This document shows positions 1-13,326 of a stretch of 64,000 nucleotides of DNA, in pieces. Within the stretch, counting starts at the first letter, position 1, and every line of letters starts with the position of its first letter. Origin of the DNA: Eledone cirrhosa. Lineage: Eukaryota. The stretch spans positions 30,194,001-30,258,000 of the forward strand of contig OZ024747.1 of the NCBI GenBank assembly GCA_964016885.1, written 5' to 3'. The position numbers were made by a program, and so were the translations under genes. The notes below the pieces were generated by a model, which was given only the letters and a program-made list of their open reading frames with translations, had not been told where the DNA came from and did not search any database.

Positions 1-353
1 AAGTATATACTTTCAGACGTTCAACAATCTGGCAGGAAGGTATACGTTGCTGACGATAGCTAATAAGCTTGAAACTAGTACATTGTTCCTTTGTCAGTGT
101 TGAACAAACGAGCAACGATGGTTGCTAGACACTACGGCTTAATACGGGATGTTTGTTTACAAACACACCGAGCATTATAATAAATGTTCGGTGAATCCAT
201 ACGTACATATATATATGTGTGCATCTATGTATATATATATACATACTACTGTACGTCTGTATACATATATGTATGTACGTGTACATACTTATATTTAAGT
301 AACAGCCGTACTAAGATTGGGAAATGAAATTTCGTTTCATTTTTTTCCGTTTA
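1..353 (+). repeat. End of a ~425-nt hammerhead-containing tandem array (family A), truncated by window start
   Basis: Near-identical to units at 31380-33093; ends at the same TTTTTTCCGTTTA/(TA)n junction. Confidence 0.9.
45..85 (+). ncRNA. Minimal type-I hammerhead ribozyme, family A
   Basis: cgttg-CTGACGA-tagct aata agctt-GAAA-CTAG-TA-cattg; helix I has one mismatch. Confidence 0.75.
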
Positions 354-360
354 TATATAT

Positions 361-475
361 ATAAATGAAGTAATTCCGTCGGAAAGCTCCAGGAAAAAAG
401 AGTGCTCTATGTAGGTTGCAGAGCTTATTACCACTGGTAAATGAAATAATTATCTTATGTTGTTTATTACATAAA
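361..475. mobile_element. 5'-inverted truncated copy of HHR family D element
   Basis: 361-430 is the reverse complement of ~9861-9929; 433-475 matches ~9818-9859 on the + strand; flanked by (TA)n. Confidence 0.75.
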
Positions 476-482
476 TAAATAA

Positions 483-572
<90 letters not shown>

Positions 573-850
573 GTGTGTGTATGTGTATATGTGTCTGTGT
601 GTGTGTGTATATGTATATATATATATAGGAACGAGTAGGACCCCGACGGCTGAGCTCAAGCCGCTTCGACGGCTAATTGTCGACTAAAACATATAAATAC
701 ATTCACGTACATATCTGCATGAGAAAAAATACATACAACCACATACACACATATAATTATAAAAAATTAAAAAACCTATATATAAAAATATACATACACA
801 CATACGCATAAGTACGTACACATACATACGTACGCGCACACACACACACA

Positions 851-895
<45 letters not shown>

Positions 896-1043
896 AGGAG
901 GTTATAGTTCACTTGAAGCATTGTGTAATGAGGTATAAACGTTAGAATATGTGTAATAAGGCCAAGACAATGCAGGTATGGACATAGAAAAAAGAATGCA
1001 ATAGTGAAAGATATTGAAGTGAATTCGTCTTTCACCTTGAATG

Positions 1044-1080
1044 CCCTTAATTTTCGAGATAATATCTCTTCTTCGGAGGG
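1044..1080 (-). ncRNA. Ultra-minimal HHR, family B (U4C core), in inverted arm
   Basis: Reverse strand reads ccct-CCGAAGA-a gagat att atctc-GAAA-AT-TA-aggg. Confidence 0.55.
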
Positions 1081-1861
1081 AAGTAAAGGTCTCAAACCAG
1101 CGTCTTAAAATCTCTAATCAAGCCATGCTGACCGGAAATAGTATAGAGTATCTGTTCTAAGTTTAATATCAAAGAATTAAAATTAGGTGGATAAAGAGTA
1201 GTCTCCCTTTAAGAGGGGTTTGTTTATGTTTTGTTATTGTTTTTGTTTTGTTTTTTAAAATTTTATATGCGTGCCTGTATATGTGTGTGGGAGAATGCAT
1301 GAAGGTGTAGGTATGTGGGTGTGTGTGTGTGAGTGTGGGAAGATAGGTCTAATCGTATAAGTGGGGGGTAGGTGTTATCTGGTGTTAGAACTGGTTTTGT
1401 GTGTGTATGTGTGAGAGAGAATAAGTGGAGGTGTGTGCGTGCGTGTGTGTGGGGTGTGTAAAATGGGGCTAGAGGCCCTATCGGGTTATAAATTGGGTGT
1501 TGAGCTCTAGTCTATTATTGATTGGTGGATGTGTTCTATCTATAATAAGTGCTTCCTTAATTCTAAGATTGCCGAGGTTTCTTTCCTTAGTTTCTATCCT
1601 AACTGTTATGTTTTTATCGGTGTTTTTGCATTTAACTAGGTGTTTCTTAAATGAGGAAGCGTTAGTATTGAGGTGTTCTTTTATTCTTATGTGGAGTGGT
1701 CTGGTGGTGCTACCTACGTAGAAGTTGTTGCATTTGTCACACTCTAGTCTGGATCCCATGGGTAATCCTGTTGTCTGTCTGTATGTGTGGTGGTGGAAGG
1801 TGAAGTACGTGTTGTCTACTGTGAAGGACAAAAGCTGGTGTATGTCCGTCGGGTGGAGGCC

Positions 1862-3384
1862 AAATCGAAAAACAGACCAACTCCATTTGGTTCGATATCT
1901 GTAGGAGAAGACAACTCCCGAATAAAATTAAACTCAACTACACCACTAGAAATAGCAGACTGCCCACTTTCTACCACCTCATCAAGACCCACAAGAATAG
2001 CACTAAGACGCATATAAGACCCATCGTCTCTAGCATAGAAGGACCCCTATACAAAATTTCCTGGCTTCTCTCCCAGGTCCTCTCCACCTTCCCCGGACAT
2101 GTCAGTAGCTCCGACGAAGTTATACGTAGATTACACCAACTCCAGCCAGAACAACTTAAACTAAATAAATACGCTTTTAGCCTCGACGTTGTCTCCCTCT
2201 ACACTACAGTCCCCGCTCACCCAGCTGTCGATTTATTGACGGACTGCGTGGTCGCAGAGAACATCCACTGCTACGGCCTCCACCCGACGGACATACACCA
2301 GCTTTTGTCCTTCACAGTAGACAACACGTACTTCACCTTCCACCACCACACATACAGACAGACAACAGGATTACCCATGGGATCCAGCCTCTCGGGCCTG
2401 CTGGCCATCACTTACATGAACCAGCTAGAATGCCGAGCCCTCAACACCTGCCATTCCCATGACTTCTTCTCCCGATATGTAGATGACATACTCATCCTTA
2501 CATCATCCCGTTAGGAGGCAGAGAAAATATACACAACATTCTCCAGCATGAACGCCAGTATAAAGATCAGCATGGAACACCCCGATGACCGCGGATCCCT
2601 ATCCCTGCTGGACTTCCAACTCAGGGTAACAGAGGAAGGCAACATCCACACCTGCTTCTATAAAAAATCCGCCAGCAGGGACCTGTTCGTACATTTCAGA
2701 TCGGCCCTCCCACTCGGTGCCAAGTTCGGATACATAAAGAACGAACTGGCACGTATCAAGAACAAATGCACCGACGCCAGAGACCGAGACACACACACCA
2801 CACATTTCCTGGAAGTACTCAAACTGAACGGATACACGACATCCACCACAAACCGTGCCAGAAAGAACAGAGGACACCACACCCGAGGCACTAACACTTG
2901 CTTCCTGAAGCTCCCACACTTCAGTGAAGAAACAACAACAGCCATCCGCAGAGCCATCAGACGAGAGGGTCTGGATATTCAACTGGCCCACTCGGGTCCT
3001 TCTTTGCGCGGACGGCTGGCTAAGAGACACTCCACCAGACATGACAACTGCTGCAGACTAGCCAACTGCCCCATCAACGACACAGACCTATGCCACCAGG
3101 CTTACGTAGTATACAGACTAGAGTGTGACAAATGCAACAACTTCTACGTAGGTAGCACCACCAGACCACTCCACATAAGAATAAAAGAACACCTCAATAC
3201 TAACGCTTCCTCATTTAAGAAACACCTAGTTAAATGCAAAAACACCGATAAAAACATAACAGTTAGGATAGAAACTAAGGAAAGAAACCTCGGCAATCTT
3301 AGAATTAAGGAAGCACTTATTATAGATAGAACACATCCACCAATCAATAATAGACTAGAGCTCAACACCCAATTTATAACCTGA
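1862..3384 (+). pseudogene. PLE reverse transcriptase + GIY-YIG endonuclease, disrupted
   Basis: SLDVVSLYT, GLPMGS, RYVDD, LLDFQ, VVY..C..C..FYVGST.R...R..EH, EALII; stops at 2015-17 and 2512-14 plus a frameshift. Confidence 0.92.
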
Positions 3385-3783
3385 TAGGGCCTCTAGCCCC
3401 ATTTTACACACCCCACACACACGCACGCACACACCTCCACTTATTCTCTCTCACACATACACACACAAAACCAGTTCTAACACCAGATAACACCTACCCC
3501 CCACTTTTACGATTAGACCTATCTTCCCACACTCACACACACACACCCACATACCTACACCTTCATGCATTCTCCCACACACATATACAGGCACGCACAT
3601 AAAATTTTAAAAAACAAAACAAAAACAATAACAAAACAAACAAACCCCTCTTAAAGGGAGACTACTCTTTATCCACCTAATTTTAATTCTTTGATATTAA
3701 ACTTAGAACAGATACTCTATACTATTTCCGGTCAGCATGGCTTGATTAGAGATTTTAAGACGCTGGTTTGAGACCTTTACTTC

Positions 3784-3818
3784 CCTCCGAAGAAGAGATA
3801 TTATCTCGAAAATTAAGG
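3784..3818 (+). ncRNA. Ultra-minimal HHR, family B, in PLE1 pseudo-LTR
   Basis: cct-CCGAAGA-a gagat att atctc-GAAA-AT-TA-agg. Confidence 0.55.
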
Positions 3819-3933
3819 ACATCTAAATAAATTCAAGGTGAAAGACGAATTCACTTCAATATCTTTCACTATTGCATTCTTTTTTCTATGTCCATACCTG
3901 CATTGTCTTGGCCTTATTTACACATATTCTAAC

Positions 3934-4067
<134 letters not shown>

Positions 4068-4594
4068 GCGTACGTATGTATGTGTACGTACTTATGCGTA
4101 TGTGTGTATGTATATTTTTATATATAGGTTTTATAATTTTTTATAATTATATGTGTGTATGTGGTTGTATGTATTTTTTTCTCATGCAGATATGTACGTG
4201 AATGTATTTATATGTTTTTAGATATATGTATATATATATATATATATATTGATTTCATCTTGTGCATTTGCTTACCACGTGTGTTTGTTTATTCCTTTCT
4301 GTATCGTTGTCAACTTAATAATTTTTATTTTCTTAATTCTTATTTTTTATTTTTTTACTTTGTATGTGACGACCTAATTCAGTATATGTTCATTGATTTT
4401 TATTTATTCTTATATTTATATGAGTGTGTGCGTATGTAGGTATATATATCTATATATGTGTGTGCGTATGTATGTGTGTATATATGTGTGTATGTATATA
4501 TGTGTGTGTATGTATGTGTGTATATATATATATATGTGTATATATATATGTGTTTGTGTATTTATGTGTGTGTATGTATGGATATATATATATA

Positions 4595-4649
<55 letters not shown>

Positions 4650-4796
4650 ATATATATATATATATGCAAAAGTTTTATTTAAAATTGTTGGGTTACAACA
4701 AGTAAATATTTTATAACCGATATAAAGCACTCGACAAGTTTTTGGAGTAGATATACGATATTAAACAAATGGAAACTATATTTATAAAACCATATT

Positions 4797-4862
4797 TATT
4801 TCATTATACATATTTCAGGGATACCATATTAAAAATATGTCATGCCTTCGTCAGATAAAATA
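4797..4862 (-). ncRNA. Type-I HHR family C (3' pLTR of copy a)
   Basis: Reverse complement of 9480-9545. Confidence 0.8.
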
Positions 4863-5917
4863 CAATATATAAACAGTTTTATAAATAATTTTGACGTACC
4901 ATAAATATAAGCGACCATTAAGATAGGAAGCTGGCTTGGTAGTGAAGTGTTTATAATTATTTAGTTATAGTGTTAAGCACAGTTAGAAAGAAAGACGGAG
5001 AGAAAGAAGAAATGGATGTAAAGAAAAACAGAGAGAAATAGGGGAGAGAGAAAGAAGGAGGAGGTGAAAAAAGAGAGGCAACCGAAGGCAACAGATGAAT
5101 AATAATAATTCACCATACAAATAGAGAGATTTAAGAGAGAGGGAGTACAGTAATTATTTAGTTATAGTGTTAAGCACAGTTAGAGAAGAGACGGAGAGAA
5201 AGAAAAAAATGGAGATGAAGAGAAAACAGAGAGAGAGAGAGAGGTGGGAGGAAAAGAAAGAGGGAGAAAAAATAATAATTATATAGGGGGAGGTGAAAAC
5301 CAAGAGAGAAATAAGAGAGAAACATGAGAGACAAAATCAAAGCGACAGATACATAAAACTTCATCATATATAAAGAGAGAGGAGAAGAAAGAGCTATATC
5401 TAGATAGAGGGAGGATACAGTTACATCTTTTCGTCTTGTCCTATCAATTTGAATTATCAATTCATATGAACTGGGTAATATAATGTAAATATCAATATTC
5501 ATGAATGAGACATAGATATATAATGTGAGAAAATAATTTTGCTCAATAATGACCATATGTTTAGTTTAAAACTCTGAGGTCAATGTACCAAAATCTGAGA
5601 TAAATCTTCAAAAAATTACCCTATTTATAAAAATACGGAGATATATATGTATATATATATATACGCATATGCACTTTCTGAAAAACGAAAAAGAGAAAGT
5701 TATGTCAAGCTCTAGTCGATAATATAGACATACACATGACTTTACGTGATCAACTCTATAATCTCTTGTGTCATAAAAAAATTTCCTTGTGTTATAAAAA
5801 ATTTCACTATATATATATACATAAAAAATAAACGATTAATATTCATGCCCTCACACATATGATTATCGTTCATGTATATAATATTATGCATATCTGTAAC
5901 ATATACAGAATTATACC

Positions 5918-5949
<32 letters not shown>

Positions 5950-6506
5950 AGATATCTGCGTGAGTATTCCAGCATCTCTATGCACACATACAGGCACATG
6001 AACAGATAAAATAGACTCTGTAATCTTTCCATATGCATGTTAATACATATGGCCTTTGTATAGAGATAACCAGATATCAATATATTAGCACAGAAATATC
6101 AAAACGTTAAAATATTTTCAACACACCATAGAGTATCTCAGGCCACAAAACAGTATGCTTCATATATTTACCACAGAAATCTATCCTTCCAATTTTTCAG
6201 ACAATATATTGCAAAGTTTTTTAGAAGCAATCAGAATCAAAAAGCAAATAAAAAACCAAAAATTATTTAACAAAAATTATTTAAAGGATTTAGAAGACCC
6301 AGTGGTTCTACGGATGCTCTTATATTTAGTATAGAAATTTATCTTGCGTAAAATTTATTTAATACATTAGGAGCAACTACATTTTAGAGTAGTTTAATTA
6401 CATCATTTGTTTATATTTATGAAGAAGGTTTAAAAGAAAAAGTTGAAGGAATCGAAAGATTTATCGTCAGGTTTCATACATTAATTAAATTTCTTAATTA
6501 ATTATA

Positions 6507-8570
6507 CTACATTTTAAATTTATATTTATATTTAAACGTTGAGTTGAATCTATGTCTGCAGCAACTGAATAAATTACTCCTTAAATTAAGGGAATTTTTG
6601 GATTTTAATATAAAGAATATCTCCTCCACACAGAGATTACATGTCTCAGATGAGGAATTAAAAGGAATCCCTCTTGAGACAATATTCCAAAACATCGAAT
6701 ACTCAACATTATCTCGTTTAAGTTGCCAGAGTAGGCTTGATAGCGAAGTTGAAGATTTTTTGTTTGGATCTGTGAAAGAATTCTTATGATTATTGAAACG
6801 AAGTTTAAATTCTGTCGAGGTGGAACCAACATAGTTGAAAGAATTTAAGTTAGTTTTAACATTACAATTGTATATTATATTTTTAACTAAGCAATTGTTA
6901 TTTAACGGACAGTTAGATTTATTTCTACAGTTACAGTTATTTAATTGAATATTGTTTGGGTTATTATTGGTATTTTGGTTAGGTTTTAAATTCCTATTAT
7001 TAATTCTGTTAATATTTTATGCAAAATTTTTGGTGGACGAGTAAGTTAATTTTATAGTATGTCTATTAAAAATTGAGTGATATTTATGTGTTCTAGAGAA
7101 GCGTTTGTCAAGAGCATTAAAGAATAGTTTAGCAATGTGGGTTTTAATATTTAGTGAGAAGGGGGGGGGGGGGGCAAACCATATTATATTTCTAGTTCTA
7201 TTTCTTTTTCGGCTTTTGGAATTATTGTAATGTTTTCTATTATAATGTTGTTACCGTAATTAAAATTGTTATTATTTTGGTTAGTTTGCTTATTATTATC
7301 GATGTACTTAATTTTATCACTATATCCTGCTCTAGCTAACGCTTCATTGTAATACTGCGCTTTTTCGTCAAAAATAATTTTATTAGATGACATTCTTGAG
7401 ATTCGTTCTTGAACAGAGTTCACTATAGTATTTTTAACAGATCTGGGGTGATTAGAGTTAAAATTGACATAATTCAAGTTTTCATTTAGTTTGTGAAATG
7501 GATAGTGAAGACATGTGTTGAGATTTAGTGTTACATCTAGGAAATTGACTATTCTATGGTTATTCTCTATTTCTATTTTTAGATTAAGGTAATTAAAAAA
7601 TTGTATAATTTGTTTTCTTTTTCTATTTAGTTCAGAGTTATTATTTTCAATAAGTAAAAGCATGTCATCACGATATAATCCTCCGGTTACACCTGGTATT
7701 TTTCTATGCAGCGAATTAATTATAAATAGGCCCACAAGGTCCGTTACCTGAGCTGAGTCAGATGATCCCATAGTTATGTCGAAATTATTATCTCTATCTG
7801 CCCTAGTCCATAGTTGGTTATTAAATTCTATCAATGTTTTCCTAGCCGATAATATAATGTGCATTTCATTGCTAGTTAGGTCTGTATGTTTGAATGCGTA
7901 ATTTAGTGCCTTATTCAGTAGATTAGGGGTGATAGATGAATAGTAGTTAGCAATATCAAGTTGAATAAATTTATTATTATAGTTATATTTAATTTCTTTA
8001 AACCACTCAATAACCTCACCAGTCCCCTTCCATAACTTTAAGTAAGGTAAATTATGTAAGTTTTTAATTTGCTGTATCACCCTGTCTAGAATGTTTTTGC
8101 TAAGTTTACCCAGGTCAGATTTTGATGGTGCAATCAATCTGACTGGCAAATCATTTTCAAAATTTCTTTTGTGATCTTTCATATTGATCTTGGGTTTCCT
8201 AGGCATGAAAGGTTGTGTTTTGTTCTCAATGTCTAATTCATGCATTATACGAGATGCCTCAGCATTCATTTTTTCCAGTTCGTCCTTACTTGCTACCTTG
8301 TACTTTTTCCTTAGTTCTTTCAATATAAGGCCATTATACATGTCCTTTTGCACTCCATAAAGGTTGTTGGTTTTGTCCGATTTCACCAAGATCTTCTCTG
8401 TTCTCTCCAAGCCTTCAATATTATCCTTAATGCTTCTTAGATAGTCCTGGCCTTTGAAGTTTCTCTTGAATTTGATTCCTTGGATGATAGAAATTATATC
8501 GTTTTCAAAATCCATTAATAGTTTGTTGGGGGGTGGATTTTTTTTAGATTTGAAAACTTTATCCAAATCT
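6507..8570 (-). pseudogene. PLE RT + GIY-YIG, frameshifted
   Basis: QLDIANYYSSI, TMGS, LYRDD, NFLDV, CNCR..CPL..CL, YVGST, CNLC, CRH. Confidence 0.92.
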
Positions 8571-9479
8571 GGAATCAAGAAATTATAGAGTTGATCACGT
8601 AAAGTCATGTGTATGTCTATATTATCGACTAGAGCTTGACATAACTTTCTCTTTTTCTTTTTTCAGAAAGTGCATATGCGTATATATATATATACATATA
8701 TATCTCCGTATTTTTATAAATAGGGTAATTTTTTGAAGATTTATCTCAGATTTTGGTACATTGACCTCAGAGTTTTAAACTAAACATATGGTCATTATTG
8801 AGCAAAATTATTTTCTCACATTATATATCTATGTCTCATTCATGAATATTGACATTTACATTATATTACCCAGTTCATATGAATTGATAGTTCATATGAA
8901 TTGATAATGACGTAAAGATGTAACTGTATTCACCCTCTCTCTAGATATAGCTCTTTCTTCTCCTCTCTCTTTATATATGATGAACTTTTATGTATCTGTC
9001 GCTTTGATTTTGCCTCTCATGTTTCTCTCTTATTTCTCTCTTGGTTTTCACCTCCCCCTATATAATTATTATTTTTTCTCCCTCTTTCTTTTCCTCCCAC
9101 CTCTCTCTCTCTCTGTTTTCTCTTCATCTCCATTTTTTTCTTTCTCTCCGTCTCTTCTCTAACTGTGCTTAACACTATAACTAAATAATTACTGTACTCC
9201 CCCTCTCTTAAATCTCTCTGTTTGTATGGTGAATTATTATTATTCATCTGTTGCCTTCGGTTGCCTCTCTTTTTTCACCTCCTCCTTCTTTCTCTCTCCC
9301 CTATTTCTCTTTGTTTTTCTTTACATCCATTTCTTCTTTCTCTCCGTCTTTCTTTCTAACTGTGCTTAACACTATAACTAAATAATTATAAACACTTCAC
9401 TACCAAGCCAGCTTCCTATCTTAATGGTCGCTTATATTTATGGTACGTCAAAATTATTTATAAAACTGTTTATATATTG

Positions 9480-9545
9480 TATTTTATCTGACGAAGGCAT
9501 GCCATACTTTTAATATGGTATCCCTGAAATATGTATAATGAAATA
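9480..9545 (+). ncRNA. Type-I HHR family C (inverted arm)
   Basis: tattttat-CTGACGA-agg..ccata..tatgg..cct-GAAA-tatgta-TA-atgaaata. Confidence 0.8.
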
Positions 9546-9585
9546 AATATGGTTTTATAAATATAGTTTCCATTTGTTTAATATC

Positions 9586-9622
<37 letters not shown>

Positions 9623-9771
9623 TATATGTGTGCGTGTGTGTGTGTGCGTTTGTGTTTATCTACTTTTATATTTATTATTCTTTTTCTCCTTTCCTTCTTC
9701 CTCCAGCCTCACTTTCATATATATTATATTTTTGTTTTTCAAATCCACTGTCAATAAATACACCATGATTT

Positions 9772-9831
9772 TTTCATTCTGATGACTGAAAGCAAATTTG
9801 TTTGCTTTCAAGAAACAACTGGTAAATGAAA
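9772..9831 (+). ncRNA. Type-I HHR family D in an ORF-less ~300-bp insert
   Basis: tttcatt-CTGATGA-c tgaaagcaaa tttg tttgctttca a-GAAA-caactgg-TA-aatgaaa; GUA site. Confidence 0.85.
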
Positions 9832-10001
9832 TAATTATCTTATGTTGTTTATTACATAACTAATAAGCTCTGTAACCTACATAGAGCACTCTTTTATCCT
9901 GGACCTTTCCGACGGAATTACTTCATTTACACATATATTATATATATGTATATTATATATATATATATTATATATATATATATTAAAAATATATATATTA
10001 C

Positions 10002-10780
10002 AGGCATACGTCAAGACGGGCGGTCTCAAAAGTGAAACTAATTTTTGACAGTTACGATTGTGAATTTGTTTGTTTTTTTACAACAGGTCTCAATAGTGAA
10101 AGTATAATGCAGACACACGCAATTGTATGGATTTCTTAATATATATATATGTGTGGGTGTGTATATATATATATATACAGAGAGACAGAGAGGGGTGGGG
10201 GGGGTTATTAATCGAAGCATAGATCCCTTATCATTCTCTGTCCTTCTTATGACCCTACCTTAATTTCTTTGGGGACAGAGAGTTGGTGCCAACAAGTTTG
10301 GCGAGATGATCAACTGTATTTCAGCTATTTATAGGGTGTAATAAGGATTTTCAATATTTCTTTCTTTCAACACACAATGTCATTATTTAAAAAAAACCCA
10401 TACAATTGTGTACATGCATATACATCTACAAATTCATACAAATGTGTATGTGTGCATAAATATATATATACATACACATATATATATATATACAGACACA
10501 TATATATACACACAAACACACATATATATACACACAAACACATATATACACACACACACATATATATACGTCTAAACCCATGCTTGCGTGGAAGATAGAC
10601 GTTGGATGAAGGAAAGACTAGACAAAGTGTATGTATATATATCGACAGTCGATTGACTTTCGTCAAATCGGACCGAGGAAACAATGTTTCCATTGGTCTT
10701 TCCAATTGCTAATACTATCTATCGGTCGCAACTCCAGGTAGATGTATATATATATATATATATATATACATACACAGGTA

Positions 10781-10826
<46 letters not shown>

Positions 10827-11117
10827 CACATATGTGTGTGTATGTGTTTGTTTATATGTGTGTGTGTATATCTACTTGGTTCTTCACTACTCCAAATCTA
10901 TGCTTCGATTAATAACCCCCCCCCCTCTCCGTCTCTCTGTATATATATATATATACACACCCACATATATATATATATATTAAGAAATCCATACAATTGC
11001 GTGTGTCTGCATTATACTTTCACTATTGACACCTGTTGTAAAAAAACAAACAAATTCACAATCGTAACTGTCAAAAATTAGTTTCACTTTTGAGACCGCC
11101 CGTCTTGACGTATGCCT
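10002..11117. mobile_element. Non-coding element with ~220-bp terminal inverted repeats in (TA)n (MITE or PLE-type fold-back)
   Basis: 10002-10224 is the reverse complement of 10896-11117. Confidence 0.7.
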
Positions 11118-11194
11118 ATATTATATATATATTATATATATATTATATATATATATATTATATATATATATAATATATATATATATATATAATA

Positions 11195-11575
11195 TAGCCT
11201 GCTTTTAAATTCTCTTTTTGGCATATTTTGGCAGTGTTTGAGTTGTACTGATGAACGATTCCAACCGTGACCATTCCCACTGAAAAGTTTCGTGAAATAG
11301 TCTTTTTAAGACTATATAGAGCATTTGTAGTTTTTTCCAAATTGAAGGATGAGTATTTAAACTTTATTTTATTCTGAGTTAAGACTCTATTGGTTTTTTT
11401 CCCTGGAATTCCCAAAATCTGTGGATAAAATCTGTCTTGATCTTTTTTTAATTGAGTTTGAATTATTTTCCCACATCTTACGTTAATTTATTTTCCATTT
11501 TGACGTTATAGTCACTTATATATTATGAAATACTGTTGGCTTCTTGCTCACATTAATTTCTATATTTTCATTTTT
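11195..11575 (+). mobile_element. ORF-less HHR family E element (partial unit)
   Basis: Homologous to 20825-21812; flanked by (TA)n. Confidence 0.8.
11242..11322 (+). ncRNA. Type-I HHR family E with stable helix III
   Basis: gttgta-CTGATGA-acga...tcgt-GAAA-tagtctt ttt aagacta-TA-tagagc. Confidence 0.8.
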
Positions 11576-11612
11576 ATATAATATATAGATATAATATATA
11601 TATATATAATAT

Positions 11613-11745
<133 letters not shown>

Positions 11746-11765
11746 TATAATATATATATAATATA

Positions 11766-12731
11766 CTAGCAGTAAAGCCCGGCGTTGCTCGGGGTCGCTC
11801 AGTAGCTGTGTTAAAGTTACAATGTTAAGTTTCTTTCTTGGCTTAAAAACTGTAGTGTCTACTGTGCAGACTTGCATGTGGTGTTTTTGATTAATATTCC
11901 CTCAACCAACAATATGCCTTATGAAGTTAAGAAAACATAACGATAACCCGAATGTTATAACAAAAGAGGATGCTGGGGATAGAAACTGCACTGGTTATTT
12001 ATTAACAAAGATCGAAAATGTAAACACTGCAACGCAGAGAAAAACATTAGCGTAACCAAATTATCAGTTATGTCTGTCTGCACGCCTATATCACCTCTCT
12101 GCACGACTGTCTGTCTGCACGCCTATATCACCTCTCTGCACGACTGTCTGTCTGCACGCCTATATCACCTCTCTGCACGACTGTCTGTCTGCACGCCTAT
12201 ATCACCTCTCTGCACGACTGTCTGTCTGCACGCGTATATCACCTCTCTCTGCACGACTGTCTGTCTGCACGACTGTCTGTCTGCACGCCTAACGACGAAA
12301 TATTTGCTTGTTTTATGTAGTCTTTAAATATATTGTTTTAAAATGCTTTTAAATGGAAATGAAGCAAAACGGAAGCTTAGTGTTCGAACTGATGAATTTT
12401 GCAGGTCAATATTTTGCTGGCTCGACAACTGTTCGTGTATTGTGTTAATGTCATTTTAAACGCTGAGAAAGCCAGCGTAATTTTTTACGTAAGACGCTCA
12501 ATGTAAACAGAACAAAGGGAAATAACTGATAACTTACGCTAAAAAATCGATACATTATATTCGATTTCGTCAGATAGGGCGGGTCAATTTGAAATATTTT
12601 TTTTCCGATGTCTTCGCTAGGGCTCAATGTACAAGTATAGCAATTTCAGTGCAATTCCGTCAGAGATTCTAAGAGGAGATGTGTGCCAAAATCGATAGAC
12701 AGACAGACAACCACAGTTTTATATATATAGA
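11766..12731 (-). mobile_element. Non-autonomous Helitron
   Basis: Minus strand starts TCTATATATATAAAA and ends CTAG, with subterminal GC hairpin at 11778-11793, (CTGT)n near the 5' end, and insertion between A and T. Confidence 0.75.
12071..12290. repeat. 37-bp minisatellite inside the Helitron
   Basis: About 5 copies of TGTCTGTCTGCACGCCTATATCACCTCTCTGCACGAC. Confidence 0.9.
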
Positions 12732-12953
12732 TATAATATATATATATATAATATATATATATATATAATATATATTTATATATACTATATATATATAATA
12801 TATATAATATATATATATATATATAATATATATATATATATAATATATATATAATATATATATATGTAGGAGGTGAGTTTTATTGTAGCACAATAAAGCA
12901 ATGCAAATATCGGATAAGTAGCACTCTACAGTTTGTAGGACTGGAGTATCAAT

Positions 12954-13232
12954 AATATAAAATCAAAAGATGGTTAAAAGAATTCCAAGTATTTTATTAT
13001 GCGCATTTCAAAAACAAATATCATCATGGGGTGATATCTGCGTTCTCATCAGATAAAATAGGGAGACATGATATGTTGATTTAAAACTTCACTGCTCACA
13101 AGTGTTTTTTAAGTTTCATATCATGTCTCCCTATTTTATCTGATGAGAACGCAGATATCATCCCATGATGATATTTGTTTTTGAAATGCGCATAATAAAA
13201 TACTTGGAACTCTTTTAACCATCTTTTGATCT

Positions 13233-13240
<8 letters not shown>
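12954..13240. mobile_element. Fold-back palindrome with an HHR (family F) in each arm
   Basis: 12954-13075 vs 13117-13240 inverted; HHRs at 12990-13060 (-) and 13132-13202 (+). Confidence 0.85.
13132..13202 (+). ncRNA. Type-I HHR family F
   Basis: tattttat-CTGATGA-gaacgcagatatcatc cca tgatgatatttgttttt-GAAA-TGCGCA-TA-ataaaata. Confidence 0.85.
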
Positions 13241-13324
<84 letters not shown>

Positions 13325-13326
13325 AT

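Larger units (their letters stand above)
4662..9590 (-). mobile_element. PLE family 2 copy a (C-terminal GIY-YIG with CxC linker; Hydra-clade-like), 5'-truncated with ~1 kb inverted arm
   Basis: ORFs at 6507-8570; ~8576-9590 is an inverted copy of ~4750-5770; (TA)n on both sides. Confidence 0.9.

Noticed and set aside
12071-12290. 37-bp repeats as a CRISPR array
   Set aside because: Head-to-tail with no unique spacers, no cas genes, and located inside a Helitron
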